Shown here: positions 10,730 to 19,559 of the stretch, in pieces
How positions within the stretch are numbered: the stretch's first letter is position 1
Layout of the letters: every line of letters starts with the position of its first letter
From: an uncultured Gammaproteobacteria bacterium
GTDB lineage: Bacteria > Patescibacteriota > Microgenomatia > UBA8517
Reading direction: 5' to 3'
Assembly (NCBI GenBank): GCA_964494885.1
Contig: CAZBTH010000002.1
Coordinates: 29,271 to 93,270 of the forward strand
DNA length: 64,000 nt
The notes under the pieces: model-generated
What the model was told of the DNA's origin: nothing
Database searches by the model: none
The model's input: the letters and a program-made list of their open reading frames with translations, nothing else
Made by a program: the position numbers and the translations under genes

Positions 10730-11388
10730 ATGGCTGATCGTGCAGACATAGACAAAAACATACTTCAAAATAAACCAAAACAAGAAGAAATCCCTTATAA
10801 ATTTCACGGCAACTACACAAAGGAGGAGCTTGGTGTTTTAGCTGATTTTATGCATGCCGAGTTCCCACATATTACATATGGGGGGGGAGAGATAGAAAAA
10901 TCATTATTGAAGTTCCACCGAAAGATATCTGCTCTTTTGATGAATGGAAACAAATTTTAGACACAGTTCTTGCTCCAGAAATAAAAACATTTCACCCAAC
11001 TATTAGAAGAAATCAGGAAATCATTGTTCGTTTTGTGAATAAACTCTGGGACAGAAACAATGCTCTAGAATCAGGTGGAACCGGCATGGGTCACAATGAT
11101 GAGCATTGGTTTCGACTATCAATAAATGGCAAAAGTAAAGAAGATTTAACTTTTTGTTTGATGCACGAACTTGTTGAATATGATTTTTGGGAAAAAACGA
11201 AACCTGGCGACACTGAAGCCGAAGTCAAATCTACAGACGAAATTAATGCTTTCAAAGCAGATGATCTAACTTACCAGAACTTACTTGACGAGAAAATTGC
11301 TAACCGAAGAGCTTTAAAAGCGGTTAGAAGAATGTGGCCTTTTGCTCATTTTGATAATCCGGACATGATCTATGGCGAAGACAAATGA
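10730..11388 (+). pseudogene. Hypothetical protein gene interrupted by a frameshift at a G8 homopolymer (10880-10887). The ORFs at 10730-10960 and 11035-11388 are one gene if a G is added
   Basis: Frame 1 is open with no start codon from 10801 to 11034 and overlaps the frame-2 ORF across the G8 tract; with G9 there is a continuous 219-codon ORF. Confidence 0.5.
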
Positions 11389-11390
11389 AT

Positions 11391-11420
11391 AACCACCAGC
11401 TTACGCAGGTGGTTTCTTCT
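11391..11420 (+). terminator. Hairpin AACCACC-N10-GGTGGTT after the 11035-11388 ORF
   Basis: 7-bp stem followed by a TCTTCT run; weak T-tract. Confidence 0.3.
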
Positions 11421-11599
11421 AACCCGATTAACTAAAGTTAATCGTCCTCGCATAGAATGCTCGGAAAATCTTCATCGCACTTGCTTACGCAAGTGGTTTA
11501 ACCGATTTGTAGTTATAAAAAGATCGCATAATTCCCCCTCTGAGTTCAGCTTCATTTATTTTTTCAAAGCTTAACTTTTTCCTACCTCCATCCTCAAAT

Positions 11600-11625
11600 A
11601 CTATAATAATATATATTATTATAGT
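11600..11625. repeat. Perfect 26-bp A/T-only palindrome ACTATAATAATATATATTATTATAGT, 7 bp downstream of the yerC-like stop
   Basis: The reverse complement is identical; a second copy (24 of 26 identical) lies at 12085-12110. Confidence 0.8.
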
Positions 11626-11631
11626 TAGAGG

Positions 11632-12078
11632 TTAAATTTTTTTAATAAATCTTTTAATTTTTCTATCCCTTTCCAAAATTGGCTTTCGATATACTTCACC
11701 AGTTAGGGTCCTCTTTTTCTGTGAGAATATTCCCAATATTTCTTCAATTAAAGCCATACCCAAATCTGAATTAGCTATATTTTCCGCTACTTTTTTTACA
11801 GCCCCATTACCGTATTTTATCTTCAAGCTCATTTTGTTGATAGTATTGGGGGTTACCCGTAAAATATTTGATATATTTTCGTAAATATTTCCTTTTTCTA
11901 AAAGTACGGCAATTGCCAACCTTTTAGCAAGTATTGTTTTTTCGATAGGGGATAAGAAATCATTCAAAAAGTTAATTATTTCTTTTTTATTTCTAAATTT
12001 AATTAGTGTATTTTCCAGAAGATCATAAATTCTTTGATCTACTTCTGGTCTCAATCTTATTTTCGAAACCTGTGTCAT
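11632..12078 (-). CDS. TrpR-like DNA-binding protein, YerC/YecD family
   Basis: LSPIEKTILAKRLAIAVLL...NISNILRVTPNTINKMS matches the TrpR/YerC helix-turn-helix core; a paralog lies at 20398-20844. Confidence 0.65.
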   Translation of the reverse strand: MTQVSKIRLRPEVDQRIYDLLENTLIKFRNKKEIINFLNDFLSPIEKTILAKRLAIAVLLEKGNIYENISNILRVTPNTINKMSLKIKYGNGAVKKVAENIANSDLGMALIEEILGIFSQKKRTLTGEVYRKPILERDRKIKRFIKKI

Positions 12079-12084
12079 ATGTTT

Positions 12085-12110
12085 ACTATCTTAATATATA
12101 TTATTATAGT
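12085..12110. repeat. Second copy of the 26-bp palindrome (ACTATCTTAATATATATTATTATAGT), 6 bp upstream of the yerC-like start; contains a TATAAT
   Basis: 24 of 26 identical to 11600-11625. Confidence 0.75.
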
Positions 12111-12194
12111 AAAACACAGAAAGTCAAACAACAACTAAACTAGCAATCAACTAATTGCAAACAATATAAATTTGATTTAATATAGTATTAACTT

Positions 12195-12959
12195 ATGGAA
12201 GAAAAGAAAACTATTCCGCCACAAGCAAACTCCGCAGGGGCAGTAATAATATTTTTTATTCTTCTTTTTGTTTTCGCCAAGTGGGGACCGGCAATTAATT
12301 TTTCGACAACGTCGCAATCAAAAGGTGAGCCGTTTGTTGTAAGCGGGGAGGGAAAGGTCTCGGTAACACCAGATGTCGCGAAAATCACCTTTGGTATTCA
12401 GGAGAACGGACAATCCCTGAAACAAGTTCAGGGTGAAGTAAACACTAAATCTAAAACCTTGACCGCCGCAGTTAAAAAGCTGGGCATTGCCGACAGCGAT
12501 ATTAAAACTACCTCATACAATGTCTACCCTCAATATGATTACACAAATTCAAACCAAAAAATAACCGGATACCAAGTTTCCACTGATTACCAGATCACCG
12601 TCAAAGACTTCGACAAAGTAAATGAGGCTATTGTCGTGGCCACATCGGCAGGGGCAAATATTATTGGAGGGGTTAGTTTTGAACTAGACGACTCCACAAA
12701 ATTAGAAAAAATGAACGAAGCCCGCACTAAAGCTGTTGCAGACGCCAAAACTAAAGCAGAGGGGTTGGCCAGTGCCGCAGGAATTTCTTTGGTAAAAATT
12801 ATAAATATTTCTGAAAATCAAAACCAGAATATCAGGCCTTTTGCATTTGCCGAAAAAGCAGTGAGCTTGGACACGGGAACACCTGCCGCCAAACCTGATA
12901 TCCAACCCGGCGAAACCGAAATCCAGTTAACTGTTTCCCTGTCTTACGAAATTAGATAA
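12195..12959 (+). CDS. SIMPL/DUF541 (YggE-like) periplasmic protein
   Basis: N-terminal TM helix; GEGKVSVTPD...ITGYQVS...VSFELDD pattern characteristic of the SIMPL family. Confidence 0.65.
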   Translation: MEEKKTIPPQANSAGAVIIFFILLFVFAKWGPAINFSTTSQSKGEPFVVSGEGKVSVTPDVAKITFGIQENGQSLKQVQGEVNTKSKTLTAAVKKLGIADSDIKTTSYNVYPQYDYTNSNQKITGYQVSTDYQITVKDFDKVNEAIVVATSAGANIIGGVSFELDDSTKLEKMNEARTKAVADAKTKAEGLASAAGISLVKIINISENQNQNIRPFAFAEKAVSLDTGTPAAKPDIQPGETEIQLTVSLSYEIR

Positions 12960-13000
12960 ACCTACCCCATAAACGCTCTTTAACTTGAAAGGAGAGCAAA

Positions 13001-13807
13001 GTGAAAAAACTTGTTCTTGCCCTTGTTCTGTTATTGATCACGTGCTTGCCAAGTAATACAGAAGTTGCCCCAACGACATTACCAACTAATACAGCACAGC
13101 CGATCTTAACATCAAGACCCAAGACGCAGACGCCAATCCCGAAACCAACTACAACTTCAACACCGTCACCTACACCACCACCTTCGCCAACACCAACCAT
13201 CAACACATACGTGGTTCAGCCGGGTGACACTCTGTGGGAAATCGCAAACCGTTTTGGAATAACCGTCGAATCACTTGCGCTAATAAATGACATTACCGAC
13301 CCAAGTTTGATATACCCGGGTCAGGTTTTGATCATAAGAGGCGACAAAGCCGGTGTAGAGCCGATTGCCCCCATACCCAACATGCTAAAAGGTAAAGAAA
13401 TTGTTGTTATGATACACACTCAACGAACTTACGCCTTTGAAGACGGATCCTTACTTAGAACATTCGTCGTTTCAACCGGAGTAGCCGCACATCCAACAAA
13501 AATCGGCAAGTTCAGAATCATGGTAAAACTTGATTTTGACGACATGACTGATAATCTAACCTATTATCTCCCAAAGGTCCCGTGGGTAATGTACTTCGGT
13601 AATGACGACGTTTCCTGGCAAGAAGGATACTCACTTCATGGAACTTACTGGCATCACAATTTTGGTGTACCAATGAGTCACGGATGTGTTAACTTAAGTA
13701 TCCCCAATGCGGAATGGCTATATAACTGGTCGGACCCATTGCCAACTGGAGGCGAAACCGACGCAACAGAAGCTAACCCGGGAACTATCGTATGGATAAT
13801 TCCGTGA
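13001..13807 (+). CDS. Lipoprotein with LysM and L,D-transpeptidase (YkuD) domains
   Basis: LLITC lipobox; Pro/Thr-rich linker; LysM ([17 protein letters not shown]); L,D-transpeptidase catalytic HG...SHGC motif. Confidence 0.8.
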   Translation: MKKLVLALVLLLITCLPSNTEVAPTTLPTNTAQPILTSRPKTQTPIPKPTTTSTPSPTPPPSPTPTINTYVVQPGDTLWEIANRFGITVESLALINDITDPSLIYPGQVLIIRGDKAGVEPIAPIPNMLKGKEIVVMIHTQRTYAFEDGSLLRTFVVSTGVAAHPTKIGKFRIMVKLDFDDMTDNLTYYLPKVPWVMYFGNDDVSWQEGYSLHGTYWHHNFGVPMSHGCVNLSIPNAEWLYNWSDPLPTGGETDATEANPGTIVWIIP

Positions 13808-13815
13808 GGAAGTGA

Positions 13816-13868
13816 AAAGGGAATCTTAATGATTTAAAAAGAATCAAAAGGTTCCCTTATTTTTTTAG
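13816..13868 (+). terminator. Rho-independent terminator candidate after the L,D-transpeptidase gene
   Basis: 11-bp stem AAGGGAATCTT / AAGGTTCCCTT with one G-U pair and a large loop, followed by TTATTTTTTT. Confidence 0.45.
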
Positions 13869-13911
13869 ATGGAAATAGTACTTGATTTTTATATTCCACT
13901 AAGTAAAATGG

Positions 13912-14010
13912 TCTTTATATCAAGAGGCGGCCAGGGACTAGCCCGATGACCCGCCAACAACCTCCTGAATTTAGTTCGGGAAAGGTGCTAAAACTAGAAC
14001 GATATGAAAA
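13912..14010 (+). promoter_or_regulatory. SAM-I (S-box) riboswitch in the metK leader
   Basis: TATCAAGAG-GCGGCCAGGGACTAGCCCGATGACCCGCCAACAACC matches the S-box core (UAUCAAGAG, AGGGACUGGCCCGAUGA, GCAACC) and GGTGCTAAAAC follows; the P1 3' strand GATATGAA includes the metK start codon. Confidence 0.8.
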
Positions 14011-15062
14011 ATATATTTTTAGATACTTTCAAAAATTACACTGTTGAATCCGTAACAAGCGGGCACCCCGATAAAATCTGCGACCAAGTTTCCGATGCTA
14101 TTCTGGATGAGTGTCTCCGTCAAGATCCCAAAAGTAGAGTTGCCATAGAAAGTTTTGGCGCGCACGGACTTTTTGTGATTGGCGGAGAAGTCACGACCAA
14201 TGCTAAGTTTGACGCAAAAAAAATTGCAGCCAGAGTTTACAAAGAAATAGGCCACCTTGATAAACTTAAATTTGTAACAAACATAATTAAACAATCCCCG
14301 GACATTGCCATGGGGGTAGATACAGGCGGGGCAGGGGACCAGGGCATTATGTACGGATTTGCGACTGACGAGACCCCCGAATATTTACCCAAAGCCGTTG
14401 CACTTGTTCACAAACTTACAAAAGGACTGGAAGACCTGAGAAGATCAAAAAAAATTAAATGGCTCCTCCCCGATGGCAAAGCCCAGGTCACAATAGAAAA
14501 TGGAAAAATCAAAACAGTTTTAGTTTCGGCACAACACAAGAAAGGTGTAAAGCTTGAACAAGTCCGCAAAGAAATTTCCGAAAAATTAATTAAAAAGCTT
14601 GTTCCTGGTATTAAAGACAAAAACATTTTGGTTAACCCTACAGGTAAATTTGAAGTCGGAGGGTTTATTGCCGATACGGGCTTAACCGGTAGAAAAATCA
14701 TGGTTGACTCTTACGGCGGTCTTATTCCACACGGCGGTGGAGCGTTTTCCGGAAAAGATCCTACAAAAGTGGACAGGAGTGGCGCCTACATGTGCCGATT
14801 TGTTGCTAAAAATCTGGTTGCAAAAGGCAAAGGCAAAAGTGTTCTGGTATCAGTTGCCTATGCTATCGGTAAAGCCGAACCTTTAATGGTCGATGCCAAA
14901 AACGAAAAGGGTAAAGATCTTTCAGACTACGTTAAAAAACATTTCGACTTTAAGCCCCTGGCAATTATCGAAAAACTAAAACTTAGAAGCCCCATTTATT
15001 CCCAAACCGCCGCCTATGGCCACTTCGGCAAAAAAGGCCTCCCTTGGGAAGAAATTGAATAA
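14004..15062 (+). CDS. metK: S-adenosylmethionine synthetase
   Basis: ESVTSGHPDKICDQVSDAILD N-terminus aligns to MetK; GGGAFSGKDPTKVDRSGAYMCR near the C-terminus. Confidence 0.9.
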   Translation: MKNIFLDTFKNYTVESVTSGHPDKICDQVSDAILDECLRQDPKSRVAIESFGAHGLFVIGGEVTTNAKFDAKKIAARVYKEIGHLDKLKFVTNIIKQSPDIAMGVDTGGAGDQGIMYGFATDETPEYLPKAVALVHKLTKGLEDLRRSKKIKWLLPDGKAQVTIENGKIKTVLVSAQHKKGVKLEQVRKEISEKLIKKLVPGIKDKNILVNPTGKFEVGGFIADTGLTGRKIMVDSYGGLIPHGGGAFSGKDPTKVDRSGAYMCRFVAKNLVAKGKGKSVLVSVAYAIGKAEPLMVDAKNEKGKDLSDYVKKHFDFKPLAIIEKLKLRSPIYSQTAAYGHFGKKGLPWEEIE

Positions 15063-15112
15063 ACTGTCTCACCCTCAAACTTTTAAAGCGATATAATTAA
15101 TATATAACTCCC

Positions 15113-16108
15113 ATGTCAGATTTTGATAAAAATGAGGGATTTTTACAACCAGCCGAACAGTACAAACCGTCTGTCAAATTTATCCAAATAAGACATTCCG
15201 ACAATGATGCGCCAAATGTCTGGTTAGAAGCAAAAAAAAACGATGTTATTTTACTTGAAGTTGGGGATCTAACAATACATGAACGAGAGGCTCGCGAAAC
15301 AGGTGCCAATAGTGTAGCTTCTTTAGAAGATCCTACAGAAAGAAAAAGAAAACTCGGTAATGCCTATTCAGATGGATCTTTCTTATCGCAAATCATGAAG
15401 GGTGCAATACTCGAAGGGAAAGAAATTCACTTTGTCGACATTCCAGAAAACCACGATACTAATAAAACTCAAAATGAGGAATTGAGTTACTTACAAAAAA
15501 GTTATGACTGCTTTTTTGAAGCCGATTTCAAAGGTTCATTATTACATCTCCGCAATTACATACTTGCCGATGGTGAGTCTGGTCAACTTCGAGAAAAAAT
15601 CGTAGTTTCTCAAATTGAAAATTTATTACAAAAAAATCAAACAAAATGGAAGAATAAATCTGTCTGTGTTATCCAGGGTATGAACCATGTTAAAAGTTAT
15701 CATATTTTCAAAAATAGAAACCCAGGGGTATCATCCTCACGTACTTTTTTGAATGGAAAGCGATTCTCTTTCTTACTTGAACACGAGGCACGACAAAGAT
15801 TAAATGCGGGTTCCAAAGAAGATCAAAAGTTATCTATTGAGCGCTTATTCATTTCTCGCCTAATTTTGCCGGCACTTATAACAGATGAAAATATCAATGA
15901 AAAAAATAAAAAAACGGATGAATTGGCCAGGATGATTGGTAGAGATGAAATCAACACTATTTTTAAAAAACTTACCGAAATACGAAGAGATGTGAAATCG
16001 GAACTCCACATGAATAACCCAGAATATATTAAAGCATACATTAATAAACGAGTTGAGCTTCTCGCACAACAAATATTAGAACAGCATCCTCTTTCGCAAA
16101 AAATTTGA
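15113..16108 (+). CDS. Hypothetical protein, paralog A of a tandem pair; possibly distant TraB/GumN/TIKI-like
   Basis: Clear paralogy to 16279-17322 (FIQIRHSD..DVILLEV and KWKNKSVCVIQGMNHVKSYHIF against FVQIEHAPEN..DVVLLEC and KWKNKTICVIQGQNHSRTYHIF); the GxxH motif and N-terminal pattern resemble TraB/TIKI, at low confidence. Confidence 0.5.
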   Translation: MSDFDKNEGFLQPAEQYKPSVKFIQIRHSDNDAPNVWLEAKKNDVILLEVGDLTIHEREARETGANSVASLEDPTERKRKLGNAYSDGSFLSQIMKGAILEGKEIHFVDIPENHDTNKTQNEELSYLQKSYDCFFEADFKGSLLHLRNYILADGESGQLREKIVVSQIENLLQKNQTKWKNKSVCVIQGMNHVKSYHIFKNRNPGVSSSRTFLNGKRFSFLLEHEARQRLNAGSKEDQKLSIERLFISRLILPALITDENINEKNKKTDELARMIGRDEINTIFKKLTEIRRDVKSELHMNNPEYIKAYINKRVELLAQQILEQHPLSQKI

Positions 16109-16185
16109 CCTCTGCTGTGATTGAACGAGCAATGCCGATTGGTAGACGCGTTAATGACCTCAATTAAGTCTAAAAACGTGGTGTC

Positions 16186-16227
16186 CACTTCGGCAAAAAA
16201 GGATTGCCTTGGGAAGAAATTGAGTAA
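16186..16227 (+). pseudogene. Remnant of a metK 3' end (encodes HFGKKGLPWEEIE-stop)
   Basis: 39 coding nt plus stop aligned to 15024-15062 with 4 nt differences, all synonymous; an in-frame TAA lies 4 codons upstream, so it is a fragment only. Confidence 0.6.
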
Positions 16228-16278
16228 CTTTTCCTTCCTCAATGACTATTAAAGAGATACAATAGTTGTGTATATATT

Positions 16279-17322
16279 ATGGAGTTATTTGACAGATTGA
16301 ACATACCATTATTAAAAAGGGCACAGGAATCCAGAGTGAGATTTGTGCAAATTGAACACGCTCCTGAAAACGCAACCAAGATCTGGGAAGAGGCGAGAAA
16401 ATACGACGTTGTTTTACTTGAGTGTACAAACGTTTCGGAAAAACGACGAGTCGATCTTGAAAATACGATAAACAAAGTATCGTCACTAGAAACACGGTCT
16501 CAAAGAGAGAAAGTTCTCGGAACCGTCTTCTCAGGAAAAGAATTTGACAATCAAATAATTAGAAGTTTAATCCTTGAAGGTAAAGAGTTCCATTATATCG
16601 ATGTTTTTGACAATGACGAAGCGAACACACTACGCAGAGAATCAAGGACGCTAAGGAAACTGGAAACTGATTATTTTTGTCAAGGTAAATTTGATCTTTC
16701 GTTTGTCTATTCTAAAAAAGCCACCATCGCTAGAGCCCATAGTGATTTTGCAAGAGAAGAAGTAGTTTCAAAACAAATAGAGGATCTAAGAACCAAATCG
16801 TCGAAAAAATGGAAAAATAAAACTATATGTGTTATACAAGGTCAAAATCACTCTCGAACTTATCATATATTCAAAAGGGATTACCCCTCGGTAGAATCTT
16901 CGAGAACATTTCTTGAAGACGACGTGTTTGTCTTCTCCCTCACAACCGAGGCTAAAAATCGCCTCCTAGCTGGATCACCAGAAAGTCGAGAAATTGCTTT
17001 CAAAAGGTCATTTATTGCACAAAATGTTTTGTTTCCACGGTCGGACAGCGACCAAGATATCGGAGAAAGAATAGAAATATCTGACAAAATTGCCAGAAAT
17101 CTATCTACAACCGAAATTGACGAGATATTTACTAGTCTAACAATGATCCAACAATTTATTCGGGAAAATTTTAGCAATATGCCAGACTTGGCCACATTTT
17201 ATGCTTTAAAACATGCTGAAATTTTAGGTCGACAGATAATCGAAAAACACCCACTTTTTCCCGAAAATTCGACACAAGTAGTATGTCATCCTCCCCGCCA
17301 TTCTGGCTGGGTAGCCGTCTAA
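16279..17322 (+). CDS. Hypothetical protein, paralog B of the tandem pair
   Basis: Collinear similarity to 15113-16108 along most of its length. Confidence 0.5.
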   Translation: MELFDRLNIPLLKRAQESRVRFVQIEHAPENATKIWEEARKYDVVLLECTNVSEKRRVDLENTINKVSSLETRSQREKVLGTVFSGKEFDNQIIRSLILEGKEFHYIDVFDNDEANTLRRESRTLRKLETDYFCQGKFDLSFVYSKKATIARAHSDFAREEVVSKQIEDLRTKSSKKWKNKTICVIQGQNHSRTYHIFKRDYPSVESSRTFLEDDVFVFSLTTEAKNRLLAGSPESREIAFKRSFIAQNVLFPRSDSDQDIGERIEISDKIARNLSTTEIDEIFTSLTMIQQFIRENFSNMPDLATFYALKHAEILGRQIIEKHPLFPENSTQVVCHPPRHSGWVAV

Positions 17323-17401
17323 ACGAGGATGACATATCAGCGTTCAATTCATCCGCGGGCTCATCGCCCTTGGTTTTCTTGAATGCTGTTATAATATATC
17401 C

Positions 17402-19120
17402 ATGCCTGAACAAACCGAAGTACTCGATGCTTACGAAGAAAAGTGGGGTGAATATAGTGAACCTGCCGAGCGCGGCGGGGGAAGAGGCAAACGCCCCAAA
17501 AACGGCCCCACCAAAAGCCAGGAGGCTTCATCTGCGGAAGAGAACGCAAGGCTTGCGCGTGAGCGCCAGGAGTTCGCTGAAAACCAGATCTTGGAATACG
17601 TTGATACCACCTGGAAAAGCTTCAAAGAGGAAGATCGGCCTAAAAAAATCGCTGAATACGCAAGATGGATGGAAAAGGCCGCCAAACAAAGAGAGTTTAA
17701 AATTGACACAAATGAAGTAAGGTTTAAATCTAAATTATCAAGCGGCAACGGTGGTCAAAATGTTCAAAAAAATGAAACCGCCATAGATGCTAAACATATT
17801 CCAACTGGACTTAGATCCGGCTCTCAGGACGAAACTAGCCAGCTACACAACAAACAAGTCGCACTTCAAATATTAACATTGAATATTAAATCTCAACTTA
17901 AACTCTGGAAAGAAACATCAAAAGAATTCAGGAAAAAATTAATGCACCCCGAAGAGTCCGAAAAATTCGAAACCGGTTTTGTGCCACTTCCCGAAGGAGT
18001 AACAATCGACAGCCTCAGGGCGCAAGTGCCGCCATCAGAAGAACTAACCGTTATGTTTGGTTGGGAAGGTGATATCGATGGTAAGCCCAAAAGCGCCACA
18101 GTCGCCGGTGAAAATTTTTATTTATATCCCGCAATAGAATACCGGGTAAATTATAATTCATCCCAAAATGGCGATGTCTACATGAACCCAGTTGACCTAA
18201 AAAGTGGCGCACCGGAAGTTTCCGATATCCCGGCCGCTCTTGATATACATTTGGCATCAGGAAAGGGTAGGCAGACATCATGCATTAATATTTCTGCTAA
18301 AAGTTCGGATGGGAAAATATCAAAAGCTATCGGTAAAATTCAAATGGGAATTGAAAGGTTGCAGGATATTGACAGACTCAAGACTTTTGCCCAAGAATAT
18401 TACCAATCGAATCTTGCGACCGATCTGAAAACAATAAAAGAAGCATTAGACATTACCACTTTTCAAGAAGGGTCCCGTGCAGACCAAATAATATACCGCC
18501 AAGCCTGGCTAATATTCGAAAGTGAGTTTTACATAAGATTAGATGAAAACAGGAATACAGACAATCTAAAGGAACTAATGCAAGACTCCCTGATTCAATA
18601 TATGGAGCAAATTAAAGATATTTTAGAAAACAGACCGACAGAATTAATTAATATAACCGACGACCCAAATAGCATAGTTATACATTTTGACACTATCCCA
18701 ACCGACTTAAGCGACCCGGATCATGGTCTTATTGTACTGACAACTTATATTCCGAACCGCGGTTGGACCGTAATGGCCCCAATTGGTGATTGCCCAAATT
18801 TTGCAGCCTACATGCTCAAGGATTTTGCCACCGGCCCGAACAAAGAAAACCAAGCATCAATATTTGCGTATTCATTTCAAACTGCGAAAGAGAGCGGAGA
18901 ATTGGACATTTTAAACGGCGGTAAAACATTATTGTTTAAAAACTTATCGGACCTTAATCCCTACATGGCCGTTTTTCATAGCGACGACCACACCCTCAAA
19001 ATGGCTTTAGAAACTCTCAGGGTTGCAGGGGATCCGGTTCTCGGAGAGGATACCTTTAATTTTATTATCTATAAAAAGAGCGAGGTTGTTCCTGAAATTT
19101 TATCCTTAGATTTGACATAA
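17402..19120 (+). CDS. Large hypothetical cytoplasmic protein (572 aa) with a charged, low-complexity N-terminus
   Basis: Long uninterrupted ORF with no recognisable motifs; follows the paralog pair. Confidence 0.5.
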   Translation: MPEQTEVLDAYEEKWGEYSEPAERGGGRGKRPKNGPTKSQEASSAEENARLARERQEFAENQILEYVDTTWKSFKEEDRPKKIAEYARWMEKAAKQREFKIDTNEVRFKSKLSSGNGGQNVQKNETAIDAKHIPTGLRSGSQDETSQLHNKQVALQILTLNIKSQLKLWKETSKEFRKKLMHPEESEKFETGFVPLPEGVTIDSLRAQVPPSEELTVMFGWEGDIDGKPKSATVAGENFYLYPAIEYRVNYNSSQNGDVYMNPVDLKSGAPEVSDIPAALDIHLASGKGRQTSCINISAKSSDGKISKAIGKIQMGIERLQDIDRLKTFAQEYYQSNLATDLKTIKEALDITTFQEGSRADQIIYRQAWLIFESEFYIRLDENRNTDNLKELMQDSLIQYMEQIKDILENRPTELINITDDPNSIVIHFDTIPTDLSDPDHGLIVLTTYIPNRGWTVMAPIGDCPNFAAYMLKDFATGPNKENQASIFAYSFQTAKESGELDILNGGKTLLFKNLSDLNPYMAVFHSDDHTLKMALETLRVAGDPVLGEDTFNFIIYKKSEVVPEILSLDLT

Positions 19121-19147
19121 CCCCATATCTAAAGTTATATTTACTAT

Positions 19148-19549
19148 ATGGCCAAAGGGTTTGTCCAAAATTTAGAAGAATTAACAGCGCAAAATTCCAA
19201 CTTCAGAAAAGTAATATATACCGCAAAACATTCCCAATTGGTTTTGATGTGCCTTAAACCGAACGAGGAAATTGGGATGGAAAACCACCTGGATAATGAC
19301 CAATTTTTAAGAATCGAGAGCGGGGAAGGGAAAGCCATAATTGACGGAAACGAACAGACTTTTAGCACCGGATGGTGTGTGGTGGTTCCTGCAGGTTCCC
19401 AACACAACATAATTAATACTTCGGCCACCAGTGAACTCAAACTCTACACAGTCTATTCTCCCGCCCATCACAAAGACGGAACAGTCCACGAAACAAAGGA
19501 AATAGCCATGTCTTCAGAGGAGGACTTTGACGGAGTTACTTCAGAATAA
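19148..19549 (+). CDS. Cupin-domain protein
   Basis: Cupin_2-like beta-barrel pattern (EIGMENH...LRIESGEG...VVVPAGSQHNIINTS). Confidence 0.6.
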   Translation: MAKGFVQNLEELTAQNSNFRKVIYTAKHSQLVLMCLKPNEEIGMENHLDNDQFLRIESGEGKAIIDGNEQTFSTGWCVVVPAGSQHNIINTSATSELKLYTVYSPAHHKDGTVHETKEIAMSSEEDFDGVTSE

Positions 19550-19559
19550 GAACTAAAAA

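Noticed and set aside
8302-10820. Numerous 60-155-aa ORFs in other frames or on the opposite strand inside gyrA (for example 8456-8857 minus, 8787-9254 minus, 9794-10090 minus), and similar embedded ORFs inside metK, dnaB, kefB-like, hisS, ychF, the serine recombinase and the surface-protein genes
   Set aside because: They are fully contained within, or antisense to, longer ORFs that have clear family signatures. They have low-complexity or unconserved translations and no independent start context. I treat them as spurious.
17283-17720. 145-aa ORF overlapping the start of the 572-aa gene in another frame
   Set aside because: It overlaps two better-supported ORFs, 16279-17322 and 17402-19120, and its sequence is Ser/Pro-rich low complexity typical of off-frame translation.
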